A stretch of DNA of 64,000 nucleotides. Origin: Anaerolineales bacterium (GTDB lineage Bacteria; Chloroflexota; Anaerolineae; Anaerolineales; UBA11579). Of this stretch, positions 54,304-63,419 are shown in pieces (the stretch's first letter is position 1; each line of letters starts with the position of its first letter). The translations under genes and the position numbers were made by a program. Location of the stretch: NCBI GenBank assembly GCA_040902205.1, contig JBBDXR010000028.1, forward strand, positions 7,390 to 71,389, written 5' to 3'. The notes beneath the pieces were generated by a model that was given only the letters and a program-made list of their open reading frames with translations, made no database searches and was not told the DNA's origin.

Positions 54304-55526
54304 CCGGCGCGCTGGGAAAGCTTGCGCTCCAGGCGCGTCAAGCGGTGAGCCAGGAGCGGCTGCCAATGCTGCCGTTCCCACTCCGATACTTTCCTTTTCT
54401 CGATCAGGCCGATCGCCTTCTGTGTATATCGAATAGCCACCGAGTAGTCCGCGGCGCGGTGTTCGTAATACTTGGCGATCTCCACATGGGCGTAGACGTA
54501 CCCATCCGCGGCGGCCTGCTCCCATAGTTGCAGCGCGGCTTCGTAATCCCCGCGGCGGCGGAAGAGACAGGCTAAATTCTCCACCAGCCTATAACGCGAA
54601 TCGTCAGGCAGTTTCATGGACAGCGTGCTCTGGAACACGTGGATGGCTTCCTCGGCGAAGCCGGTGTCGGCGTACAAGCGTCCAATGGCGTAGCGCTCGC
54701 TGTGGTGCTCGGCGACCTCCAGCGGCGAGGCCAGTTTGAGCGCCAGGTGCTCCAGCAGCGCCGCCAGACTTAGGACGTCCATGCTGTTGTGATAGAACAC
54801 GCCGGACAACGGACGAGCGTCGCCGGTATGCAAGTAATCGATGTACATCTGGGGGATCATCCAACCGGGGATATCCTCCTGGGTGCGCTGCACGCCCAGC
54901 CAGCTCACTTCCAGGTCGCCCAGCGCCCGGCTGGGCAGCAGCTCGCGCCACAGGCGGCGCGCCAAATGCAGCAGGTCCACGTGCGGCAAGCTGCCGAAGG
55001 GATGCGGGGCGGCGTTGGTCAGATAACGCGAGCGCAATAAGGGAATATCGAAGCTCTTGCCATTGAAGGTGACTAGCGCGTCATCTGCGCCTATGTAATG
55101 GTTCAGCGCCTCGAGCATGGCGCGCTCTTCGATCGGCTCGCGCAGGAAATATTGGCTCTGGCGGAAGCCGCCAGCCTCGAAGCGCCCGATGCCCACCAAA
55201 AAAGCCATGGTGCCGCTGCCCCACACACCGGTGGTCTCGGTATCCAGGAAGACAAAGCGCTCGGGGTCGAGCAGCGCCACGCGGGTATCCAGCGCCCAGG
55301 CGGCCAGTTTTTCGCGGGCCACCGGGAAGCGCAGCGGCGCGGCGCCGTGCAATTCGTCGGAGGGCAGGAAACGTTCGACCAGGAAGGCCTCGCCGAACTC
55401 GGTCTCCTGCGTGCGGCCGCCGACGACATCCTGGATGGGATGATCCGCGCGGGCAGGCTTGGGCACCAGTGAGCTGGCGCCGATCTGCACGCCGAGGGAC
55501 TTGAGACGATCGGAGAGGGAAGGCAT
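54300..55526 (-). CDS. RNase-H-like (DEDD) exonuclease with C-terminal TPR, YprB/MrfB-like
   Basis: FLDTETTG exonuclease motif and C-terminal TPR-like repeats. The partner helicase lies upstream. Confidence 0.7.
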   Translation of the reverse strand: MPSLSDRLKSLGVQIGASSLVPKPARADHPIQDVVGGRTQETEFGEAFLVERFLPSDELHGAAPLRFPVAREKLAAWALDTRVALLDPERFVFLDTETTGVWGSGTMAFLVGIGRFEAGGFRQSQYFLREPIEERAMLEALNHYIGADDALVTFNGKSFDIPLLRSRYLTNAAPHPFGSLPHVDLLHLARRLWRELLPSRALGDLEVSWLGVQRTQEDIPGWMIPQMYIDYLHTGDARPLSGVFYHNSMDVLSLAALLEHLALKLASPLEVAEHHSERYAIGRLYADTGFAEEAIHVFQSTLSMKLPDDSRYRLVENLACLFRRRGDYEAALQLWEQAAADGYVYAHVEIAKYYEHRAADYSVAIRYTQKAIGLIEKRKVSEWERQHWQPLLAHRLTRLERKLSQRAG

Positions 55527-55553
55527 GGGTCAGGGGGATTATAGCGAGGCTGA

Positions 55554-55602
55554 CCGGCTAAGGCCTCGAGCCCGAGTGGGTGGGAGTCGAGGCTTTAGCC
55601 GG
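55554..55602. repeat. REP-like imperfect hairpin at the 3' flank of the RAYT gene
   Basis: ccggctaaggcctcgagccc pairs imperfectly with gggagtcgaggctttagccgg. It supplies the last codons of the RAYT ORF. Confidence 0.7.
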
Positions 55603-56091
55603 ATAGTTACTATCCTCGGCTAGTTGGAAATCTACGATCGGATAGGTCGCCAATACGTCGGCCATCCACTCTTCACCTTCCTGCTTTAACCACTGAGGGT
55701 AGCTTGAGAAGTGCCGATCCGCTGGATCGCTCACGTATCCATGTTTGAGTGGGTTGTGATGGATGTAATTGAAGCGTGTCCAATAGTCCGCTTCGCTTTC
55801 CACGAGCCTGTCCCAATAATTGTGCCAAACCTGTCTGCCGCGCCGATTGGTCTTCTTGTTCAACTCAAAGGATGTTCGGCCATGCAAGCATCTCATGAAA
55901 ATCTTCAAATCGGCACCGTGTTCCAAGTGCAACAAGAGGTGATAGTGATCGTCCAGAATCACCCAGGCATGTAGTTGGATACCAAATTCCTTGGCAGGTT
56001 CGTAAGATGGTCCCGAATGATTTCTTTTTCGCTTTTCGTCTGAAATAGAGGTAGCCTCCCATAGGTCGAGGCAGTGAGGAAATAGGAGCAA
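55558..56091 (-). mobile_element. REP-associated tyrosine transposase (RAYT, IS200/IS605 Y1 family), probably frameshifted near the 5' end
   Basis: HUH motif DDHYHLLLH and catalytic-Tyr region RFNYIHHNPLKHGYV. The expected N-terminal strand (MGGYLYF) is in another frame (ORF 55865..56062). REP hairpins lie on both sides. Confidence 0.7.
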
Positions 56092-56141
56092 CTATCTACG
56101 AAGATGTGGGGCGGATGGTGACTGTTCACTAAATCTCCTAA

Positions 56142-56193
56142 CCGGCTAAAGCCTTGACTCCTGATTGCTTAGTGGACTCGAGGCTTTAGCCGG
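56142..56193. repeat. REP-like imperfect hairpin at the 5' flank of the RAYT gene
   Basis: ccggctaaagccttgactcc pairs imperfectly with ggactcgaggctttagccgg. It overlaps the last codons of the helicase gene. Confidence 0.7.
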
Positions 56194-58836
56194 GTCCTTT
56201 GCCAGCTCTTCCAACAACGCCAGCGTCTCGCGTTTGCTGCCGCGGCCCAGCTCGCCGCCTGGGCCCACGCAAGACGGGCAGCCGTCGGCGCACTGGCACT
56301 CCTGCACCAACTGGAAGGCATTGCGCATCAGCTCATCATGCAACTCGAATAGCTTCTGGCTGAAGCCCAGCGCGTCGCCCATTTGGTCGTATACCACGAC
56401 GGCCGGTTTGCCCTCGGCGAAATCGGCCTTCGGGTCGGAGTGTACGCCCAGGTCGCGCGGGTCGCACATCAGATAGAGCGGCGCCAGGTTCTGCAGCACG
56501 AAGGAGAGCCCCGCCAGCCCGCTGCGAATGCGCACGATGGTCTCGGCGCGGCGGTGACAGTTCGGGCACAGGGTGACAAGGTTCTCCAGGCGGTTGGCCT
56601 CTTTGTAGGAAGTAAAGGTACGAAAAGGCATCTTGTGGTGCACGTCGTGCGGCCGCCCGTTCTCGGGTAAGCCGCAGACCTGGCAGGTGTAGCCGTCCCG
56701 GGCACGGGCGGCATCGCGCACCGCAGGCCACGCAGGCCCGTATTCGTTCGGATCGTTGCTCCACAGGCCGCGCTCGCGTAAGCGATCCACGACGGCATCA
56801 TCCAAGGCCACCCAATAACCGAGGGTATTTAGTTCGATGGGCGGCAAATCCAGGTCGCCGCCGCCGGGCATCTCGGTGCCGGACCATTGGATCCTCAGGA
56901 AGCCGTAGACCTCCTCGGTGATATTCAATTCGCCGAAATGCTTGCTGCCTGCCGCCACCGGCACCTGGGTTTTTTCCTCCACCAGCGACACGGTGCTGCG
57001 CGTGCGCGGCATGGTGTAGTAATCGGCTTCGATGGGCCGCAGGTAGGCGACGTTCTCGGTCAGGTCAAGCTTCTCCACAAAATAGGTGGCGCCGTCGTGG
57101 ATGTAAATGGCTTCGGGGTGGACCAGACGATAGGCGCCTGCCGGATCCACCTCGCCCACCAGCTGCCAGCCCTGCTCCGTCTGCGCCTGCAACACCACGG
57201 ATGCGGAACCGGCGCCGCGCAGGCCTACGTCGCGGGCGGGCTGCTGCTCGGACATCCAGAAATATTTGCCGCCCGAAACATGCACCTCCCCACCCTCCGC
57301 CAATACCTTGAGGAACTCTTCCACATCCTGGCTCGGCACATTCCCGAAGGCTTCTCCTTTGGAGAAAGGTATTTCGAAGGCCGCGCAGCGCAGATGGGAA
57401 AGCAGGATCACCAGATTGTCGGGGTTGATCAGCGCGTGCTCCGGCGTGCGCTGCAGGATATATTGCGGGTGGCGCGCCAGGAACTGATCCAGCGGAGTTG
57501 AGGCGGCAATGAGCAACGATAGCGCCGGAGCTTCGCCGCGGCCGGCGCGGCCAGCCTGCTGGCGCGTGGCGGCCACTGAGCCGGGGTACCCGGCCAGCAC
57601 CGCCGCGCCCATCCCGCCGATATCCACGCCGAGTTCAAGGGCGGTGGTGGCCACCACGCCGCGCACTTCGCCGCTGCGCAGTCCCGCTTCGATGGAACGG
57701 CGCTCGGCCACCAAATACCCGCTGCGGTAGCCGCGCACTTGTCTTTCGCTGTTCGTGTCGCGCAGGCTTTTCAACATCAGCTCTACCATGCGCCGTGTGC
57801 GGCCAAAGAGGATGGTCTGCACGTCGTGGGCCAGCAGGTCCGAGGCCAGGCGGACGCTCTCCTGCAACAGGCTGACCCGCAGGCCGAGTTCGGCGTTGAC
57901 GATGGGTGGGTTGTAGATGAGGAAGGAGCGCGGCCCGCGCGGCGCGCCGTCATGGTCGATCAGGGACACCGGCCGCTCGGTCAAGCGCTCAGCCAGCTGG
58001 CGCGGGTTGGCGATGGTGGCCGAGGCCAGGATGTACTGCGGCTGCGCGCCGTAGAACTTGAGGATACGCGAGAGGCGGCGCAACACGTTGGCCACGTGCG
58101 AGCCGAAGACGCCGCGGTAGCTGTGCATTTCGTCGATGACGATGAAACGCAGCGCGCCGAAGAACTCCGCCCAGGCCGTGTGATTAGGCAGGATGCCGGC
58201 ATGCAGCATGTCGGGATTGCTGATCAGCAGCCGGGCACGCTTGCGGATAGCAGAGCGCTGATGGGTCGGCGTGTCCCCGTCGTAGGTGGCAACGGGGATG
58301 GGAAACGCCCTCACCCCCATGCCCTCTCCCGCGGGGCGGGCGAGGGGCGCCTCGCTTTCATCCGTAGGGGCGGGTCTAAGCTTGCCCTCGAGCGAAGCGA
58401 AGGGACCCGCCCGCTTCGCCGCAAGCGGCGAAGCATTTGTTCCTGACAGCCCCATCGCCTCCAGCCACACGTCCAGCTCATTCTTTTGATCGTACGCCAG
58501 CGCCTTGGTGGGAAATAGATACAGCGCTCGCGCTCCGGGATCGCGCAATAAGGTATCGAGCACCGTCAGGTTGTAACAAAGGGTCTTGCCGCTGGCCGTG
58601 CCAGTGACCACGGCGATGTTGTCCCCGGCCTGCAGGCGGCGCCAGGCCTCCGCCTGGTGGCTGTACAGTTGTCCATAGCCCAGCTTGGCGAACGCCGCCC
58701 CCAGGGCCGGATGCAGTTCATTGGGTAAGGGCGAGAACTGGACCTTGCGGGCAGGCTGCTGGTGCCAGTGGGTTACATTGCCGCCTATCGAAGGCTCAGA
58801 TCGCCAATGTGCGAGGAGTTCGTTGAGGTTATCCAC
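56146..58836 (-). CDS. DEAD/DEAH-box helicase with C-terminal DUF1998/MZB zinc domain (YprA/MrfA-like)
   Basis: Motif I GTASGKT and motif II DEMH. The C-terminus has CxxC...CPNC and CADGCPSC. It pairs with the YprB-like exonuclease. Confidence 0.85.
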   Translation of the reverse strand: MDNLNELLAHWRSEPSIGGNVTHWHQQPARKVQFSPLPNELHPALGAAFAKLGYGQLYSHQAEAWRRLQAGDNIAVVTGTASGKTLCYNLTVLDTLLRDPGARALYLFPTKALAYDQKNELDVWLEAMGLSGTNASPLAAKRAGPFASLEGKLRPAPTDESEAPLARPAGEGMGVRAFPIPVATYDGDTPTHQRSAIRKRARLLISNPDMLHAGILPNHTAWAEFFGALRFIVIDEMHSYRGVFGSHVANVLRRLSRILKFYGAQPQYILASATIANPRQLAERLTERPVSLIDHDGAPRGPRSFLIYNPPIVNAELGLRVSLLQESVRLASDLLAHDVQTILFGRTRRMVELMLKSLRDTNSERQVRGYRSGYLVAERRSIEAGLRSGEVRGVVATTALELGVDIGGMGAAVLAGYPGSVAATRQQAGRAGRGEAPALSLLIAASTPLDQFLARHPQYILQRTPEHALINPDNLVILLSHLRCAAFEIPFSKGEAFGNVPSQDVEEFLKVLAEGGEVHVSGGKYFWMSEQQPARDVGLRGAGSASVVLQAQTEQGWQLVGEVDPAGAYRLVHPEAIYIHDGATYFVEKLDLTENVAYLRPIEADYYTMPRTRSTVSLVEEKTQVPVAAGSKHFGELNITEEVYGFLRIQWSGTEMPGGGDLDLPPIELNTLGYWVALDDAVVDRLRERGLWSNDPNEYGPAWPAVRDAARARDGYTCQVCGLPENGRPHDVHHKMPFRTFTSYKEANRLENLVTLCPNCHRRAETIVRIRSGLAGLSFVLQNLAPLYLMCDPRDLGVHSDPKADFAEGKPAVVVYDQMGDALGFSQKLFELHDELMRNAFQLVQECQCADGCPSCVGPGGELGRGSKRETLALLEELAKDPAKASSPLSNQESRL

Positions 58837-58983
58837 TTAGGCCGAGATTATAGTTCAAATAGAACTGATTTTCTATTATAATGATAGTGAAAGACATTTT
58901 TTCATATTTGTTCTACAAATCTAAGCTCCTTAAAATCAACGTCGGAAACGTAGTTTGTAATTTACAATTGCGGAGGAAATCTC

Positions 58984-59874
58984 ATGAAGAGAAAACTTGA
59001 TCCCATTTTTCTCGATACCGCTGCAGCAATTGAAAGCAAAAATGGCGTCGACCGGCACAAAAACGGTCGAAGGATAGCGTTTGGATGGTACGGGGGAAAG
59101 TTCAACCACCTTTCATGGCTTCTACCTTTGTTGCCAAAGAGCCATCATTATTGCGAGCCTTTTGGGGGATCAGCCGCTGTTCTTATCAACCGCGAACCGT
59201 CCCCGGTTGAAACCTATAATGATATGGATGGGGAAGTAACAAATTTTTTTAGAGTATTGCGTAACCAACCAGACGAGTTGATCAGGCAAATTGGACTTAC
59301 GCCATTTTCACGAGAGGAATTTCATGTCGCCGTTATTCTACGCCCCGAAGGAGTTCCTGATCTTGAACGTGCTCGGTTGTTTTACATTAGGGCTCGCCAA
59401 GCTCGCACTGGGCTTGCACAAACAGCCTCACTAGGAAGATGGGCTAATTGCAAATTGACTAGCAGAGCAGGAATGTCGGGCGCTGTCTCACGATGGTTAG
59501 GGGCAGTCGAAGCTCTGCCAGAAATAGCGGAAAGATTACTCCGGGTTCAATTTGAAAACCGACCAGCACTTGACGTTATAAACTTGTACGACAGTTCAAA
59601 AACCCTCTTTTACTGCGATCCACCTTACCTCCATAGCACACGCAAAGACAACAAAGCATACGCCTATGAAATGGAAGAAGAAGAACACGTTCATCTTGCC
59701 AAGACTCTCGCAAAATGCAAGGGAAAGGTAGCAATTTCAGGCTACAGAAACAATCTGATGGATCAGTTATTCAAAGACTGGTATAGATATGACGCTCCGA
59801 TAAAAAAGGCACATTCTGTTAAGGATTTTCGCCAAGAAAGCCTATGGATGAATTACGATCCACGATCTAGTTGA
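58984..59874 (+). CDS. Dam-type (D12 class) N6-adenine DNA methyltransferase
   Basis: WYGGK, EPFGGSAAV and the catalytic DPPY (FYCDPPYL). Low GC. Confidence 0.9.
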   Translation: MKRKLDPIFLDTAAAIESKNGVDRHKNGRRIAFGWYGGKFNHLSWLLPLLPKSHHYCEPFGGSAAVLINREPSPVETYNDMDGEVTNFFRVLRNQPDELIRQIGLTPFSREEFHVAVILRPEGVPDLERARLFYIRARQARTGLAQTASLGRWANCKLTSRAGMSGAVSRWLGAVEALPEIAERLLRVQFENRPALDVINLYDSSKTLFYCDPPYLHSTRKDNKAYAYEMEEEEHVHLAKTLAKCKGKVAISGYRNNLMDQLFKDWYRYDAPIKKAHSVKDFRQESLWMNYDPRSS

Positions 59875-60959
59875 TGGCAAACATAAATCATCAACAAGCT
59901 GCGGCCGTTCTTTCGCAGGCATTTGAACGGGCGGAACAAGCTTTTATCACAAGTATAGAAGTTCAGACAAAGGAAGATATCGATAGGAATTTGGATGATA
60001 TCTTTGATTCTGGAACGCAGGCTTATAGAGAAGTTCTGCTTGGTTGTTGCGTGGCAAAAACAGTAAGCCCTTCAATAGATGTTCACTTACCCTATGTGAA
60101 GCAAGGTAAAGATGCTTTTAATGGGCGCGATCTTGACGAAAACGTGATTAATCCATTTCTGCAAGGGAAACAAATACCTAGTTCCAAGGGCCCATACCTT
60201 AGCGTATTTCGACGGCAGGTTGAATTTACTCCAGAAACAAGAAAAGGGGTCAGAGACAAAGAAGGCTACGATGCTTTGGTTTTTGTCATAAATGAACTGG
60301 CCAAAGGCAAAGAGGATGATCGGGACAAATTATTGGTCGCTCTTCTATTTAGGTTTATTAAGATGCGCGAGCAGGCAAACATCCCAATCACTAAACCCCA
60401 CAGGGTTAGTCTCGTTCAGTACAAAGATTTACTGAACTGCCTAGTCTCCATCCAGAGCGGTGGTTGGTTTCCAGTTTTATTTGCCATCGGTATGTTCAAA
60501 ACAATTAAGGACTATTTCAACCTTGACTGGGAAATAACTTGGCAATCCATTAATGTTGCAGATTCGGCTTCCGGAGTTGGAGGCGACATAACGATCAAAT
60601 CTAAAAATAAGATTCTAATGTCGGTGGAAATAACTTTGAGACAGGTCGACAAGGCAAGAATGATATCGACCTTTAATACAAAAATCGCCCCATCCGGGAT
60701 AGAGGATTATTTATTTCTTGTCGGAGCAAATGATCCCTCCAAGGAGGCTGTTGAACAAGCAGAACGCTATTTTGCACAAGGACATGAGGTGAATTTCGCA
60801 GAAATTGTTAATTGGATAGTTATGCTTTTGGCCACATTTGGGAAACAAGGCAGGGAGATTTTTGGGCTTCATTTAGTTTCATTACTGGAAAGCAGTGAAA
60901 CGACCCAAGCAGCCAAAGTTGCTTGGAATGATGCGATCAATAATCTATTTATTCGCTAA
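59874..60959 (+). CDS. putative type II restriction endonuclease (family not recognised)
   Basis: TGATG stop/start overlap with the methyltransferase. It shares the same low-GC composition. No family motif was recognised. Confidence 0.5.
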   Translation: MANINHQQAAAVLSQAFERAEQAFITSIEVQTKEDIDRNLDDIFDSGTQAYREVLLGCCVAKTVSPSIDVHLPYVKQGKDAFNGRDLDENVINPFLQGKQIPSSKGPYLSVFRRQVEFTPETRKGVRDKEGYDALVFVINELAKGKEDDRDKLLVALLFRFIKMREQANIPITKPHRVSLVQYKDLLNCLVSIQSGGWFPVLFAIGMFKTIKDYFNLDWEITWQSINVADSASGVGGDITIKSKNKILMSVEITLRQVDKARMISTFNTKIAPSGIEDYLFLVGANDPSKEAVEQAERYFAQGHEVNFAEIVNWIVMLLATFGKQGREIFGLHLVSLLESSETTQAAKVAWNDAINNLFIR

Positions 60960-61096
60960 ACACAACATCACATTTATCGCCAAAGCCTTCAGCTTTTCGT
61001 TGTCTTTCCAACACATTGACACCCCCTCCCAAATTCCCTAGGTTCATGTATTAATCCCCATTCGGCATTCATAATACTTTCGCACAGGGGGTTTCA

Positions 61097-62107
61097 TTGT
61101 TCACCGCTCGATCCCTTACCTTCCTTCTCGGCCCCCTCTTCTCCAAGAAGTCCTGGCTGGCGCTTGACCTAGGCGTTTGCCTGGCCGCCGGAATCCGCTG
61201 GCCGGGCGCGGATACCCCCTCTCCCATCTTGTGGGAGAGGGCAAGCCAGCCACAGGCTGGCGCGGGTGAGGGGCTCCCCACCTTCCACATAGATGAGGCT
61301 CACGGTCGCTCAGAAACCAGCCGCCGCCTCGTTGGCATCATGGACTATCGCCGCGCCTCCCGCGATCTTCCCTTCCACATCTCCTGTTTTCCCAGCCATG
61401 TTCTCACTGATCCAAAGCACATTGCCGCCATCTCCCAAGAAGCCCTTTCCTACAATGCGGATTTAGTCGTCATCGATCAACCATATGGTTTGGACCTCGG
61501 ATATGGGGCCTCACTGCACCTCCTTCTGCCCCTTGCCTCGTCATTACAAGCTCTCACCCACTCCACCAATGCCGCTGTCCTCATCTTGCTCCAGACCCGC
61601 ACCCGCCCCCAGCGCGCAGCAATCGCCAAAGCCCTATCCGCACTTGGGGTCGATCACGTCCTGGGTCTTGATTTCTATCCGACCGATATGCCCAAAGCTA
61701 CACCGTATAACAAATTCCTTCCCCGCTATCGCAGTGGCTACTTGCACCTAAGGACCCTGGCCTCTGTGGGCGGCGGCCAGTTCCCTGTGTACGCCAGGAT
61801 ACACGCTTCCGATCACGCCTTTTCACTAGCCGCCATCGATCGCATTCCTAATCTGCAAACTCTGAAACTTTCTACCTTTCAAACCACCTTTGGCCCGGCA
61901 GGTCTGGCTCTTCTCCGCTTTCTTTTGGCCAAAGGCTCGGCCAACACCCGCGAATTGATGTTTGGGGTGGCCGCCTCAGTCCCCACTCGCATTCGTACCT
62001 TAGTTCATCAGCTTTCCAGGGAAGGTTATATCCACTGTATAAAGCATGGCGGAGCAGGTCACCCTGCTGTTTACGCTCTCACCAGCTCGGGAAAGAGCCT
62101 GATATGA
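61097..62107 (+). CDS. degenerate RepA/AAA_25-like ATPase with C-terminal wHTH; probable mobile-element remnant
   Basis: GPLFSKKSWLALDLGVCLAAG resembles an AAA_25 P-loop region with Gly replaced by Lys. Also HIDEAHG and LVVIDQP. It has a TTG start and contains an inserted GC-rich palindromic element. Confidence 0.4.
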   Translation: MFTARSLTFLLGPLFSKKSWLALDLGVCLAAGIRWPGADTPSPILWERASQPQAGAGEGLPTFHIDEAHGRSETSRRLVGIMDYRRASRDLPFHISCFPSHVLTDPKHIAAISQEALSYNADLVVIDQPYGLDLGYGASLHLLLPLASSLQALTHSTNAAVLILLQTRTRPQRAAIAKALSALGVDHVLGLDFYPTDMPKATPYNKFLPRYRSGYLHLRTLASVGGGQFPVYARIHASDHAFSLAAIDRIPNLQTLKLSTFQTTFGPAGLALLRFLLAKGSANTRELMFGVAASVPTRIRTLVHQLSREGYIHCIKHGGAGHPAVYALTSSGKSLI

Positions 62108-62202
62108 GGGCTTGTCAAAGTGTATCGACCCCACCGTGTGTGTCGCATATGACAGTTACATGTTTATTCTTTCCTACCCGATCCGGAGATGGGGTGTCTC
62201 CT

Positions 62203-62274
62203 GACCTCCAGACTTCCAGACCTCTAGACTTCACGACTATGAAACTACCCAACTACCTAACTATCGAACTAAGG
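62203..62274. repeat. two adjacent blocks of 8-bp periodic tandem repeats
   Basis: gacctcca gacttcca gacctcta gacttcac gactatga, followed by aactaccc aactacct aactatcg aactaagg. Confidence 0.75.
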
Positions 62275-62345
62275 TGCCCCTGCCCCCGGCACTTCGATCA
62301 CCGGCGACCAGTTGCGTCGGCAAAAGAAGCCGACGCGTGGGAGGG

Positions 62346-63416
62346 TTATTCGCCTGCGCCGGGGATATCGGCAATGGGTGACCAGACTGGCAGCAGTGAA
62401 CGCACGCTGCCAGTCGGCAGATGCCATTGTTCTTCTGGGTTGGCCACTTCCATGATGAAGAGCTGGTAATTGCCGGTGCGCTGGGAATGGAAGACGATAT
62501 AGCGCCCATCCGGCGACCATGTAGGGTTGCCATCCTCGGCGGCGCTGGTGGTCAGGCGCTGCAGGTCGCTGCCATCCGAGCGCATCAGGTAGATGTCGCC
62601 GTTGCCGGCGCGCCAGGATTCGAACACGATCCATTCCCCATCCGGGGAGAACACCGGCCGCCAATCCAGCTTCGCCTCCTCGGTGAGGCGCACCACATTG
62701 CCGCCGTCGCTGTCCATCACGTAGATCTCGGAATTCCCATCGCGGCGAGAAACAAAAGCGATCTTGTCGCCCAGGGGCGACCAGTTCGGTTCGTAGTCGT
62801 AGGCGGGTTCGTCCGTCAGCTGGCTGACCTGATTGCCTTCGAGATCGTAAATGAACAGGTCGCGGTTGCCCTCGAATTCGGCCATGATCACGATCTGCTG
62901 CCCATCGGGGGAAAAGCTGGGGTAGCAATCGAAGCCGGGTTGGGTGGTCAGTTGCCAGGCCTCAGGGTCGGCGTTCACTGTCACCAGATACACATCGCGG
63001 GACACGTCCGAGCTGGGCACGCCGTCGTACGCGATCAGCGAGCCGTCCGGCGACCAGACCGGCGCCTCGGCAAAGGTGTTCTTCAAGCCGCCGGTCAGGT
63101 TGTATTCGCCGCTGCCGTCCGGTCGAATAAGCCATACATCCCGGCGCCCGCCCTCGCTGGCCGTGAACGTGATCCAGCCAAGTTCGGAGAGGTCCAGGGC
63201 CACTTCAGGGCTGAACGTGGAGACCGGCTCCGGGGTTGGCGGCGGAGCATCCGGGTCCGCGGTGGCCTTGGCCACCGTGACGGTCAGCTGGACGGCGGGC
63301 CCTTCTTCCGGCGCTGACTCCAGGCCTTGGGCCAGGGCGGTATCACATGCAGAAATGATCAGGGAAAGCAGGGAAACACATAAGACCAGCCACAATGTGC
63401 GCTTCGGTGAGTACAT
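62346..63416 (-). CDS. TolB-like PD40/WD40 beta-propeller lipoprotein
   Basis: Lipobox LIISAC. Repeated SPDG..I.F.S.R.GN..I(Y/F) PD40 units. Confidence 0.85.
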   Translation of the reverse strand: MYSPKRTLWLVLCVSLLSLIISACDTALAQGLESAPEEGPAVQLTVTVAKATADPDAPPPTPEPVSTFSPEVALDLSELGWITFTASEGGRRDVWLIRPDGSGEYNLTGGLKNTFAEAPVWSPDGSLIAYDGVPSSDVSRDVYLVTVNADPEAWQLTTQPGFDCYPSFSPDGQQIVIMAEFEGNRDLFIYDLEGNQVSQLTDEPAYDYEPNWSPLGDKIAFVSRRDGNSEIYVMDSDGGNVVRLTEEAKLDWRPVFSPDGEWIVFESWRAGNGDIYLMRSDGSDLQRLTTSAAEDGNPTWSPDGRYIVFHSQRTGNYQLFIMEVANPEEQWHLPTGSVRSLLPVWSPIADIPGAGE

Positions 63417-63419
63417 AGC

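Noticed and set aside
62269-62928. 219-aa minus-strand ORF and 298-aa plus-strand ORF (62421-63317)
   Set aside because: They are alternative-frame or antisense translations of the TolB-like beta-propeller gene, whose PD40 repeats identify the true frame.
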